A stretch of DNA of 64,000 nucleotides from a virus. The DNA lies in the IMG/VR virus record IMGVR_UViG_3300017917_001151, positions 1 through 64,000 of that record. The stretch is one strand, 5' to 3'. Made by a program: the position numbers and the translations under genes. Each line of letters opens with the position of its first letter. Position 1 is the first letter of the stretch. Shown piece after piece: positions 46,482 to 55,443 of the stretch. A model generated the notes under the pieces. The model was not told the origin of the DNA. It saw only the letters and a list, made by a program, of their open reading frames with translations, and made no database searches.

Positions 46482-47196
46482 TTGCCCACGCCCTCTCTTT
46501 ACACCAAAAACATGTTCCGCAGATTGGAACTTCTTGACCTTTTGTATATGTCATATAATTTATATTATCTATCTCACCTTCGCAGCTTCGAGTAAGGTTG
46601 AATAGATCCATGATGTCAAGCCTTTTATATTGTTTCAATACCCAAGACTTATCGACGAACCTAAAAGGATGACTCGCTACTACTCCCATATGTATCATAT
46701 ATTCTAAATGTCTATTGTTGTTATTAGGTTCTATATCTCTTTCAGACATTCCACCTAGATCAACTAAAGGATTTTTAGTTACAGCATTATAGTATGCATC
46801 TATATTTTGAGATTTACAAATATATTCAGCATAGGCACGTTGCTGTATATTATCTCCACTTACATGTTTTCCGTATTCGTCAACTAGATTTGGCCCCATG
46901 TTAGCATATTCTAATTCCGGAGCAATAAAATTTGTATGCCTTTTAAATTTGGTATGATAGAATCTTTGAAACAGCCAACCGAATACTTTATCGGCATCGT
47001 GTTGTTGCCACGGTTTGGTTTTCCAACATCTAACATGATTCACGATATGAATAGTAGTATCGGTTTCACGAGTTAGATCACACAGTAGATAGGCCAACAA
47101 TGCAGAATCTGCACCACCACTAAGAGCGATGCCTATGTTTTTCCAATTACGATTGTAAGGAATTTGGACGCCTTCTATGTCGTGGAAATAACTCAT
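46468..47196 (-). CDS. QueC-like PP-loop ATP pyrophosphatase
   Basis: LSGGADS PP-loop; TRSC...CGTCFWCKER Zn site. Confidence 0.8.
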   Translation of the reverse strand: MSYFHDIEGVQIPYNRNWKNIGIALSGGADSALLAYLLCDLTRETDTTIHIVNHVRCWKTKPWQQHDADKVFGWLFQRFYHTKFKRHTNFIAPELEYANMGPNLVDEYGKHVSGDNIQQRAYAEYICKSQNIDAYYNAVTKNPLVDLGGMSERDIEPNNNNRHLEYMIHMGVVASHPFRFVDKSWVLKQYKRLDIMDLFNLTRSCEGEIDNINYMTYTKGQEVPICGTCFWCKERAWAIEQH

Positions 47197-47200
47197 GAAA

Positions 47201-47230
47201 TATTTAACCTATAAACTACGCATATAAATA
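47201..47230. promoter_or_regulatory. divergent late promoters
   Basis: TATTTA at 47201-47206 (minus), TATAAATA at 47223-47230 (plus). Confidence 0.7.
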
Positions 47231-47235
47231 TTTTT

Positions 47236-47907
47236 ATGCTTACTAAACTCAATTATACAGTATCTAGAGAATTAATACAAGAAGCACTTAGTAATATACC
47301 ATCTGACGATTTTAGATTATCTATCAACGAGCCCACTGGTAGTTTTTTCTACGACCCGTGGGAAGTTAAGCAGGAATTTAAAGATACTGTTTGGGACAGA
47401 CTATTATCAACGTTACCTTTTGCAGTAGGCGAAGCAAGAATAATCATTTTAAAATACGGAACCTGTTATCAGAGCCACGGTGATATTGACGACAGATATC
47501 ATCTTAATCTTAGCAGCCATTACGCATACCTAATAAATTTAGAAACCGAAACAATGTATCCCTTGTCGGCCGACGGCAATTGGTACGAGATGAATGCAGG
47601 ATCGAGACACAGTGCTGCAAATTTTGGATACACAAATAGAATTCAATTCGTTGTTAGAAAGCTATTGACTAGAAATAATTTGTCTAATCCTGTTAGCATT
47701 AAAATGTCATACGTGGGTTCGGATAAAGATAGTGTGAGGTTTATATTTGATGACACAATAAGTCCTTGGTTAAACAAAGCAAACAAACAACAAATAATAA
47801 CAGATTTTAATTTTGCACATAATGACGTGAGATTTAAAATAGAAAAAGAAAATTTAACAGATATAGAAAAAATACTCCCAACAGACTTTAGGATTGAATT
47901 ATTATGA
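47236..47907 (+). CDS. Asp/Asn beta-hydroxylase-like 2OG-Fe(II) oxygenase with C-terminal extension
   Basis: HGD...RYH...G.WY.M....HSAAN.G...R. Confidence 0.78.
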   Translation: MLTKLNYTVSRELIQEALSNIPSDDFRLSINEPTGSFFYDPWEVKQEFKDTVWDRLLSTLPFAVGEARIIILKYGTCYQSHGDIDDRYHLNLSSHYAYLINLETETMYPLSADGNWYEMNAGSRHSAANFGYTNRIQFVVRKLLTRNNLSNPVSIKMSYVGSDKDSVRFIFDDTISPWLNKANKQQIITDFNFAHNDVRFKIEKENLTDIEKILPTDFRIELL

Positions 47908-48578
47908 GTGATTGGTCTTATTGCTACAAAATAAAAGATGGAGAGAAAGAAACTACGAATCTGTTATACACTCCTATGAAAAATAATATAGGCGATACAC
48001 TTTGCATGAAATGGGATCTAAGCGAACCTTATCAGACCAATGAAAGTTTAGATGAAGAATTAATAGATTTCTTTTTTGAAAGAGAAGTAAAATATATCAA
48101 CATTTTTAAAGACAAGCCCTGGACTCCGGAAATTAAAAAAATAGATTTAGAAAGTAAACACGTATTCTTAGAATGGAATAACGAATCTATAAACGCTATC
48201 ATAAATGACCCTACTAGAAATTTAGATAACGAATGCCCGACTTGGAAAGAACAAATTTTTAAAATTTTACAAGACATAGACGATATGGGCTACTACAAAT
48301 TAGCATTGTATCCTCATTGCTTTTTTATTAACAAAAACGGAATCATAAAGACTATTGATTTTTATTCGGTTATAGAAAAATCCAATCCTTTTATAGAAAG
48401 AAAATTAATACAAGGAATGATAGGCAAAGATTCTACCGGCAGATTTGATCAGGCAACTAACATAGGAGTAATTAATTTTAAAACATTTTTTGAAATAACA
48501 ATGTTGAATCATCTCGGTAAAACATGGATAACTGATAATCCATTTCCAGAATTTTACAGGAGATTAAACAATGATTGA
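47904..48578 (+). CDS. protein-kinase-like fold protein (degenerate catalytic loop)
   Basis: LCMK, FERE, P.I..ID, FLEW, IKTIDFY (DFG-like). Confidence 0.55.
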   Translation: MSDWSYCYKIKDGEKETTNLLYTPMKNNIGDTLCMKWDLSEPYQTNESLDEELIDFFFEREVKYINIFKDKPWTPEIKKIDLESKHVFLEWNNESINAIINDPTRNLDNECPTWKEQIFKILQDIDDMGYYKLALYPHCFFINKNGIIKTIDFYSVIEKSNPFIERKLIQGMIGKDSTGRFDQATNIGVINFKTFFEITMLNHLGKTWITDNPFPEFYRRLNND

Positions 48579-49062
48579 TTGGAATTCAGTTATCGATAAT
48601 TTAACAGATGGCAGTGTTGTTACTGTAGATCCTGCGAGATGGAAAATGTCTAATCCTGAATATACAGAAATGTTAAATCTTTGGGAATCGAATAACTTTA
48701 ATACAGCCAGCGTGAAGTGGACAAACTATTATAGTTATGGAAATATAGAATCGCAGATAGCAAACGAATTAAGTATTACTCCTTTACGCAGCTGGATCAG
48801 TTGTGTTGAGCCGGGATATATGACCGGATATCATTATGACATCGACGATAACGAACAGGAATATTTAAAAAATGGACCTATTAAACGATATTCTGTATTC
48901 ATAAGCGAACCGGAGGTAGGTCATGTTTTTATACTAGGAAAAGAATATTACTATAATAAACCTCAAGGAACTATTCTTAAATGGGGACATTACAGAGATT
49001 GGCACAACGGAATCAATGGTGGATTTAAAAAGAAATATATGTTCCACATCTTAGGATATTAA
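48571..49062 (+). CDS. 2OG-Fe(II) oxygenase-like protein
   Basis: EPG...HYD, RYSVF, GHVF, WHNGING. Confidence 0.72.
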   Translation: MIDWNSVIDNLTDGSVVTVDPARWKMSNPEYTEMLNLWESNNFNTASVKWTNYYSYGNIESQIANELSITPLRSWISCVEPGYMTGYHYDIDDNEQEYLKNGPIKRYSVFISEPEVGHVFILGKEYYYNKPQGTILKWGHYRDWHNGINGGFKKKYMFHILGY

Positions 49063-49063
49063 T

Positions 49064-49747
49064 ATGCTAATTCCGTTGACTAACATAACCTATGATATCC
49101 AAGAAGCGATAGATTATTATGAAACTCTTAAGAGAGATCATAGTGATCTAATGTGGACTAAAGATGAAATGACAGATTATTTGTCTCCCGAGGAGATGGT
49201 CATAACATCGAACAACAACAAAAATTTAGATACCCAATATCAAATGTTTCTAGCGGCAGTTGATTATAAAGAGCCTTTTACTAGTTGGACTAAAGAAAAA
49301 TGTTTAGAAGTAAGCAATAATAGATTTAGGGAAATGACCAAGGGCGTCAAGATGTGGAACATAAAATATTACGACAACGGAGTAGCCCATCCTAAACTAG
49401 ATCGTCAACAGGAGTTGCAATTTGGAATAGCAAAAAAAATTATAGATATATTTCCCGAAGTAGATGTATTTGAGTTATTAGTTAACCCTGTAGGAACGAA
49501 ATATAACAGGCACACAGACGATAGCGATTCTATAAGAATTATTATTCCGATAATATCTGATCAAGGAGCAGTATGGCATTTTGATGATGCAGATAACGTG
49601 ACTCAGTATCCCGGAAATGCTTATCTTCTGTTAAAAGAATTTCCGCATGCCACAGATGTATTTGGTCCTAATAAAAGAGTGTCTATGCATTTTTTAATAG
49701 ATGCTAAACATAGGGACTGGGTACAATCTTTAAAATTGCATATCTAG
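49064..49747 (+). CDS. Asp/Asn beta-hydroxylase-like oxygenase (family G)
   Basis: HTD, RIIIPI, PGNAY, PHAT, R..MH. Confidence 0.75.
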   Translation: MLIPLTNITYDIQEAIDYYETLKRDHSDLMWTKDEMTDYLSPEEMVITSNNNKNLDTQYQMFLAAVDYKEPFTSWTKEKCLEVSNNRFREMTKGVKMWNIKYYDNGVAHPKLDRQQELQFGIAKKIIDIFPEVDVFELLVNPVGTKYNRHTDDSDSIRIIIPIISDQGAVWHFDDADNVTQYPGNAYLLLKEFPHATDVFGPNKRVSMHFLIDAKHRDWVQSLKLHI

Positions 49748-49755
49748 GATATCGA

Positions 49756-50844
49756 ATGTTTTCATTTAGCGAATTAGAACAAGTACAAATCGAAATTACA
49801 AATAGATGCCAGGCTAGCTGTCCCATGTGTCTAAGAAATATACATGGAGGAATCGAAAATCCTTCATTGATTCCCAATGACTGGACCTTAGATCAATTTA
49901 AGAAAATTTTTAATTCAGAAGTTCTTGATCAAATTAAAAATGTAATTTTTTGTGGAGACTTTGGGGATCCTATTCTAAATAACGATCTAATTGACATGTG
50001 TCAATACGTAAAAGAAAATAGTACCGCAGGCATTCAGATCCATACCAACGGAAGTGCTAGAAATCTATCATGGTGGAAAGAACTTGCCGCTGCAATGCCA
50101 ACTAATCATATAATAGAATTTGCCTTAGACGGGCTCGCCGATACTCATGCTTTGTATAGAATTGGCACAGATTATCATAAAATTATTCAGAATGCTAAAG
50201 CATTTATGGATGCCGGCGGCAAAGCACGTTGGATGTACATTAAATTTAAACACAACGAACATCAGGTCGACGAAGCTCGCAGTGTTGCTAACGAGCTAGG
50301 ATTCGAATCATTCCTTGTTAAGACTAGTAAAAGATTTGGAAAGAAATTTCCTGTCCTTGATAAAACAGGAAACGTAACGCACTACATAGAACAACCTATC
50401 AGTAGTAATATTAAACCTGTTGAATTTGTCGATTTAAAAGATTATAAACAATGGCAAATTGATGTTAGTTGTTTTGCACTAGAATCTAAAGAACTATACA
50501 TAGATGCGAACGGTTACCTAATGCCCTGCTGTATAATAGGTTCTTTCCTTTATGCAAATTATGATACGATGTTATATGAAAAATATAATCTCTTAGACAG
50601 CACAAGCATCACAGGCCTTGCTAGAGAAGTACAATTAGAAGTATTTGATTTAATCGAAGAATTTGGAGGCTTCGGTAAATTAGATGCAAACATTCATGGA
50701 ATCAAACAAATAATGCAGCAACGTATCTGGCAAGAGTTAGTTCAAAAAAAGTGGAAAGAACGATCACTGTCACCCTGTAAAATTTTATGCGGGTCGAGCT
50801 CTCCGTTCATTAAAATACATGAACAGATAAACTATCAATCATAG
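49756..50844 (+). CDS. radical SAM enzyme (family B, paralog of 40038)
   Basis: CQASCPMC, CGDFGDP, HTNG, FKHNEHQVDEAR shared with 40038; YID...MPCC...C..LC. Confidence 0.93.
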   Translation: MFSFSELEQVQIEITNRCQASCPMCLRNIHGGIENPSLIPNDWTLDQFKKIFNSEVLDQIKNVIFCGDFGDPILNNDLIDMCQYVKENSTAGIQIHTNGSARNLSWWKELAAAMPTNHIIEFALDGLADTHALYRIGTDYHKIIQNAKAFMDAGGKARWMYIKFKHNEHQVDEARSVANELGFESFLVKTSKRFGKKFPVLDKTGNVTHYIEQPISSNIKPVEFVDLKDYKQWQIDVSCFALESKELYIDANGYLMPCCIIGSFLYANYDTMLYEKYNLLDSTSITGLAREVQLEVFDLIEEFGGFGKLDANIHGIKQIMQQRIWQELVQKKWKERSLSPCKILCGSSSPFIKIHEQINYQS

Positions 50845-51672
50845 ATAGTTAAATGTTGCTCGGTGAACTAGTCTAGAAGACATTTTTGAAAATGCTAGCC
50901 TTCTATGGACACCTAGCCATTGATCGCTAATTGATACATCGCCATCTTCCCAATCGTGGCGATAACAATATTTTTCCTGTGTGATAAACTTAAACAAAGG
51001 AATCGCGATTTCTAAACTTTCTTCTCTAGACATTCCTACAAATCGTTCAAACTGATCTATACTCAGATGTATCCCAACTTTTCCGATATGATTTTTATAA
51101 ACTAACGGAACCGGTTTGTCCTCATAAACAGTTCTGTTATCGAAACTTTCTTGAGATCGCATAACACTATGATTTACTCCGCCGTAAAATATACCTTGTA
51201 GATTATTAATTTTTTCTTTTGTAGAAGAATCTAAATCATTATAGGCCAACACAGTATTATTCCATTCAGTTATAGATCCGCTAGTTCCTTGAACAGCATA
51301 CAAATATGCTATGCTAGATTTTCCTCTAACATGAGGTGATTCGTTGTGCCAAAGTCCTTCTTCGTCGTGCCCGGCTACTCCCGGTTCTCCGGTTTCATTT
51401 TTTTCTCCGGTGACTCTTTGTATGTAACCTTCTTGATCTAGATTAAAACGTTTTGATAGAGGATGATTTGGTTCATATAATTTATGTGGATCGGGCCACA
51501 TCTTTATAAATTTTATTTCATCTTCTATACTAAGATTTTGATTCTTTATTTTTACACAGGTATAATTTGCACAAAGGTTAGATAAGAGTTCGATGTCTGC
51601 AGGAGTGGCAGCTTTTACGTCAAAGTCTTCTACAATCACAGTCCATCCGTTGTTGTGTAATTTATATTTCAT
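50839..51672 (-). CDS. TauD/TfdA-family 2OG dioxygenase
   Basis: WHNE, H.W..GD...D....VHRR, R..HR. Confidence 0.85.
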   Translation of the reverse strand: MKYKLHNNGWTVIVEDFDVKAATPADIELLSNLCANYTCVKIKNQNLSIEDEIKFIKMWPDPHKLYEPNHPLSKRFNLDQEGYIQRVTGEKNETGEPGVAGHDEEGLWHNESPHVRGKSSIAYLYAVQGTSGSITEWNNTVLAYNDLDSSTKEKINNLQGIFYGGVNHSVMRSQESFDNRTVYEDKPVPLVYKNHIGKVGIHLSIDQFERFVGMSREESLEIAIPLFKFITQEKYCYRHDWEDGDVSISDQWLGVHRRLAFSKMSSRLVHRATFNYL

Positions 51673-52189
51673 CGTAGTAGGTAATTTGTAATGTATATCG
51701 TATATTGTTTGAAGTATTAATTACTCCGTGAACGCACATAGGGTCTGACCATTCATATACGTCTCCGGCTTTATAACCAGTAAGCATTGTGTTATCGTAG
51801 ACAAATATGTGACCCGGTTCCCAGTCTTGTAAAAATAAAGAATACCTTACAGGATTGTTTACTTCAATTAAATGAGGATCTATGTGCATGGCCTGTTGTT
51901 CACCGGGAAGAAGTTTAACAAACCACCATGCTGTAACTTTTCTAGTTTTGGGAAGTACAGGAAGTGTAACTTCGAATCCCTGCATATCTTTACTCTTAGG
52001 ATTGAACTGATGAAATACCGGACCATTATTTGAATACACAGGTCTTGCACGTTCTTTGTATTCTTCTAATAAAGGATGACCAGTCCAGCGTTCTGGTTGC
52101 CACACAGGAACCTGATCCCCATCATTTAAACTTAAATGATTTAATATTTCAGGAGTAATCCAAGAACGGTAGTTACCTATGTAATCCAT
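51662..52189 (-). CDS. 2OG-Fe(II) oxygenase-like protein (family F)
   Basis: WWFVKLLPG, HIDPH, DWEPGHIF, HGVIN, RYTLQ. Confidence 0.8.
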   Translation of the reverse strand: MDYIGNYRSWITPEILNHLSLNDGDQVPVWQPERWTGHPLLEEYKERARPVYSNNGPVFHQFNPKSKDMQGFEVTLPVLPKTRKVTAWWFVKLLPGEQQAMHIDPHLIEVNNPVRYSLFLQDWEPGHIFVYDNTMLTGYKAGDVYEWSDPMCVHGVINTSNNIRYTLQITYYDEI

Positions 52190-52755
52190 TAATATCCTGC
52201 TTCCTTATTAGGAACTAAAAATTCACCGTCGATCTTATCTTGCATTGAGATTTGTAATGAATAACGTATCACATGACTAGTATTAATAACAGCATGTTCC
52301 ATCAACGGACTATCCCATTCGAAGAGATCACCTGCCTTATAATCAGAAATAGTTTTGTTATTGTAGATAAAAATATGTCCTGGTTGCCAATCTTGTAGGA
52401 ACATTGTATATCTGACAGGTCTTATAGAAGTATACAGATGTGGATCTTGATGGACTGTTTGATATTGCCCAGGTTTTAATTTAACAATCCACCAGAAAAT
52501 TTCATTTCGAGTTTCTGGAAGCTCTGGTAAATCAATAGGATCATCTCTAAAAGGATCTGAAACTCTAAAGTATTGTTGAAAAGTATTGTCTTTGTGTTTT
52601 TCGTAGACTTTAATTTTTTCAATGTACTGACTTAGTGCAGGATGGCCTTCCCAGCGACCTGCGCTGTGTAATTTTGTAACTCCCGATTCGTCATGCTCCA
52701 TCCTTGATAGTAGGTCAGGAGTAAACCACCAGCTATAATTTCCTTTAAATTTCAT
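52189..52755 (-). CDS. 2OG-Fe(II) oxygenase-like protein (family F)
   Basis: WWIVKLKPG, HQDPH, DWQPGHIF, HAVIN, RYSLQ. Confidence 0.8.
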   Translation of the reverse strand: MKFKGNYSWWFTPDLLSRMEHDESGVTKLHSAGRWEGHPALSQYIEKIKVYEKHKDNTFQQYFRVSDPFRDDPIDLPELPETRNEIFWWIVKLKPGQYQTVHQDPHLYTSIRPVRYTMFLQDWQPGHIFIYNNKTISDYKAGDLFEWDSPLMEHAVINTSHVIRYSLQISMQDKIDGEFLVPNKEAGY

Positions 52756-53123
52756 AGTTGATCACCGTCGCATAGTCTAATTTCTAACATACTGGAAGTT
52801 GTATATCCTATGTTAGCACAACTGTAAATTACTTCAGGATCTTTATCTAGTTCGTAAAGATCTCCCGCTTTGTAATCAGCAAGCATAGAACTATTATAGG
52901 TAAAGATGTGTCCAATCTCCCAGTCAGTTAAAAACATAATATACTTTACAGGATTTGGCGAGTTGGAAATAAAAGAATCTTTATGTGTAAGTTCGTATCT
53001 GCCTGGCTCAAATGTGCTAATGACCCAAGAAGAACTTTGTCGAGTTTCGGGTAACGGGGGTAATTCTATATCGTTAACATCATCTTTTGGAATTAAATCT
53101 TTATAATTTCCAATATATTTCAT
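52752..53123 (-). CDS. shortened/degenerate family F oxygenase-like protein
   Basis: HKD and DWEIGHIF kept; distal His replaced (YSCAN) and 2OG Arg lost. Confidence 0.68.
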   Translation of the reverse strand: MKYIGNYKDLIPKDDVNDIELPPLPETRQSSSWVISTFEPGRYELTHKDSFISNSPNPVKYIMFLTDWEIGHIFTYNSSMLADYKAGDLYELDKDPEVIYSCANIGYTTSSMLEIRLCDGDQL

Positions 53124-53150
53124 GATTAAGGTATCCTATTATCTACTTCA

Positions 53151-53160
53151 TAAATATTTA
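53151..53160. promoter_or_regulatory. palindromic bidirectional late box TAAATATTTA
   Basis: Overlapping TAAATA on both strands between divergent genes. Confidence 0.65.
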
Positions 53161-53188
53161 ACGTAGATATAATAAGGGATATGGTAAA

Positions 53189-53743
53189 GTGGAATCGATG
53201 TTTTATAAACTAAACATAGAAATAGATATTCAAAAAGCTCAAGACTATTACCGAATATTAGAAGAACAACATCAAGATAAAAAATGGACCTCCCCACTCG
53301 GCGATAAAACTATCTACGGTTGGTCTCTACATATCATGAACGGAGAGAGTGGACCTTTTGGTTTTTATGATATGGAAACTGAACCCCTCGGAGTTGAAAA
53401 CTATTATAGGTCTGAACTCTGCTTCGGGTGGGCAGAAGAAATATTAAATTTATTTCCTTATGGTTACAGAGCAGGCCTTGGTGTTAGCCCTGCAGGTACC
53501 GTAGTTCCTCCGCATGTTGACTTCAACTGGGCAGATATGATGAGATTACATATTCCTATCCACACCAACGAAAAATATATCTGGCATACTCATGAACCAG
53601 ATTTACATATGGAACTCGGCAGTGTGTATCTAGTTGATACATCTAATGTACACTCGACTACCAACGGCGGCGATACAGCGAGAGTACATTTAGGTATGAA
53701 CATACCTAGAAAAAACTTCGACGATATTAAGAAGTTCTTATAG
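53189..53743 (+). CDS. Asp/Asn beta-hydroxylase-like oxygenase (family G)
   Basis: PPHVD, RLHIPI.TN, GSVY.VDT..VHSTTNGG..ARVHL. Confidence 0.85.
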   Translation: MESMFYKLNIEIDIQKAQDYYRILEEQHQDKKWTSPLGDKTIYGWSLHIMNGESGPFGFYDMETEPLGVENYYRSELCFGWAEEILNLFPYGYRAGLGVSPAGTVVPPHVDFNWADMMRLHIPIHTNEKYIWHTHEPDLHMELGSVYLVDTSNVHSTTNGGDTARVHLGMNIPRKNFDDIKKFL

Positions 53744-54242
53744 TATAAGTGGAAAAATGAAAAGTTAGCCTAGTAGTATTTCCGATATTACAGGCACAGT
53801 GAATTGCCTGAGGATCTGGATAACAATAGATATCGCCTTTCTTATAATTTACTAGGGTTTGATCTTCGTACATAAAAATATGTCCTGGCTCCCAATCTTG
53901 TAATGCCATCCAGTAACGTTTAACATCATAAAACTCCGGATCATAAGTATGTGGATCTCTATGAATAGGCATAAAGTTTCCAGGTTTCATTTTAATAAAC
54001 CACCACATATGATCTTTGTCGTTATCAAACGGCAGTTCTAACGATAGAGGAAATGAATCATTATCGTTTGTATAATGATACCAATAGACCTGACTAAGGT
54101 CGTAGCCATGTTCTTTGGCTTTTCTAAATTCTTCTGAATCAGGATTATGACCACCACCCGGTCTAGGTATGCCAGGATTGTTTAATACATATTCAAGATA
54201 CTCGTCTTTGATCCAGTCTGCAAAGTTCCCAACGTACATCAT
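53727..54242 (-). CDS. 2OG-Fe(II) oxygenase-like protein (family F)
   Basis: WWFIKMKPG, HRDPH, DWEPGHIF, HCACNIG, RLTFH. Confidence 0.8.
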   Translation of the reverse strand: MMYVGNFADWIKDEYLEYVLNNPGIPRPGGGHNPDSEEFRKAKEHGYDLSQVYWYHYTNDNDSFPLSLELPFDNDKDHMWWFIKMKPGNFMPIHRDPHTYDPEFYDVKRYWMALQDWEPGHIFMYEDQTLVNYKKGDIYCYPDPQAIHCACNIGNTTRLTFHFSTYTIRTS

Positions 54243-54823
54243 TATTTTATTCTTCCTGTAATCTTTTTTGTAAGTTCAAAATCTGATCTTCTGATATCAA
54301 ACACCATGCCAACACCGTCTTCACTGCCTTCATTTATAAATTCATGTTCTTCGCCGATGTCGATTATATAAACATTTCCGGGCTGTAAGTCTGCTACACC
54401 TTCTTTAGTGATCCATTTGATAGTAGGATTGTTTATGAAAGGTATCCATCCTCTCATAGCATCTCTTTCTTCGTTAGAATCAGCATGAGGAGGTGCATAT
54501 ACTCCGGGCGGTGTGACTCCAACAGCAAATCGATATGCCATAGGAAACAGGTCCATTAACGCTCTTCCGAAACCAAACGCTGCATCTGTATCGTGATAGT
54601 TTTCTTTGCCCATTAATTCAACACTTCTATATAGACCGTATGGCTTTTTAGGATCTTCGCTTTTCGGAATAGATAAAGACCAACCGTAAATGTCTTTGAT
54701 AGTTTCAAAAGCAGGTTGATCCGGCATGTTCCATTTAAGATAGGGACATGTTTTTTCTACTTCTCTGTAATATCTAATTCCGTCCTCTGGATCAAATGTA
54801 ACATCTAACTTAGTAACTATCAT
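54242..54823 (-). CDS. Asp/Asn beta-hydroxylase-like oxygenase (family G)
   Basis: YGWSL, PPHAD, PGNVY..D...HEFINEG. Confidence 0.8.
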   Translation of the reverse strand: MIVTKLDVTFDPEDGIRYYREVEKTCPYLKWNMPDQPAFETIKDIYGWSLSIPKSEDPKKPYGLYRSVELMGKENYHDTDAAFGFGRALMDLFPMAYRFAVGVTPPGVYAPPHADSNEERDAMRGWIPFINNPTIKWITKEGVADLQPGNVYIIDIGEEHEFINEGSEDGVGMVFDIRRSDFELTKKITGRIK

Positions 54824-55443
54824 AATAAATCCTTATAGTCAAATAGTTCTTCTGGTGTATCGTAAATTTTCTTTTCTTCTTTTAATCTAACAATAAACAC
54901 CATACGAGTATTTGGTCCGTAGTTCACAGAAGTATGATATATGTCTGATTTAATAAAAGTTATTTTATCAATTGTTGTAGAACCTATAGGTTCTAAATTT
55001 AATTCTGGATTGGCAAATGAAACCCAAAAATTATAAGGCGGCTCTGGACGAATTCTATTAACAATTATTTCGTTATCGTCAGATACATCTTCATTTCTAA
55101 ACCAATAATTAGTTGTTTCTTGAGTATTAGCTATAGGAATAACTATTACCCATTGGTTAGCAATCATCCTATCTTCCGGTACCTTACCGTTATCTTTTTT
55201 AAGACCGTCGATGTGAGTCATTAGACTTTTATTTCCGGGCAAAAAACATGAACTTGTTTCTACTACTTCAGTAAGGCATCTCGAAAAAACAAAATCATGC
55301 AAGGTTGGAAAATTAGAATAGTCCATTTGCACGAAATATTCTTCTTCTGCATCCGGCCTAAGGATAGAATTTTTATCAATATATTCTAATACTTCTCGTT
55401 GTATTTGTTCGAGCTGAGGAACGTTTATTTTTTGATAAAGCAT
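54820..55443 (-). CDS. 2OG-Fe(II) oxygenase-like protein
   Basis: THIDG...IPI...YHTSVN....R. Confidence 0.72.
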   Translation of the reverse strand: MLYQKINVPQLEQIQREVLEYIDKNSILRPDAEEEYFVQMDYSNFPTLHDFVFSRCLTEVVETSSCFLPGNKSLMTHIDGLKKDNGKVPEDRMIANQWVIVIPIANTQETTNYWFRNEDVSDDNEIIVNRIRPEPPYNFWVSFANPELNLEPIGSTTIDKITFIKSDIYHTSVNYGPNTRMVFIVRLKEEKKIYDTPEELFDYKDLL

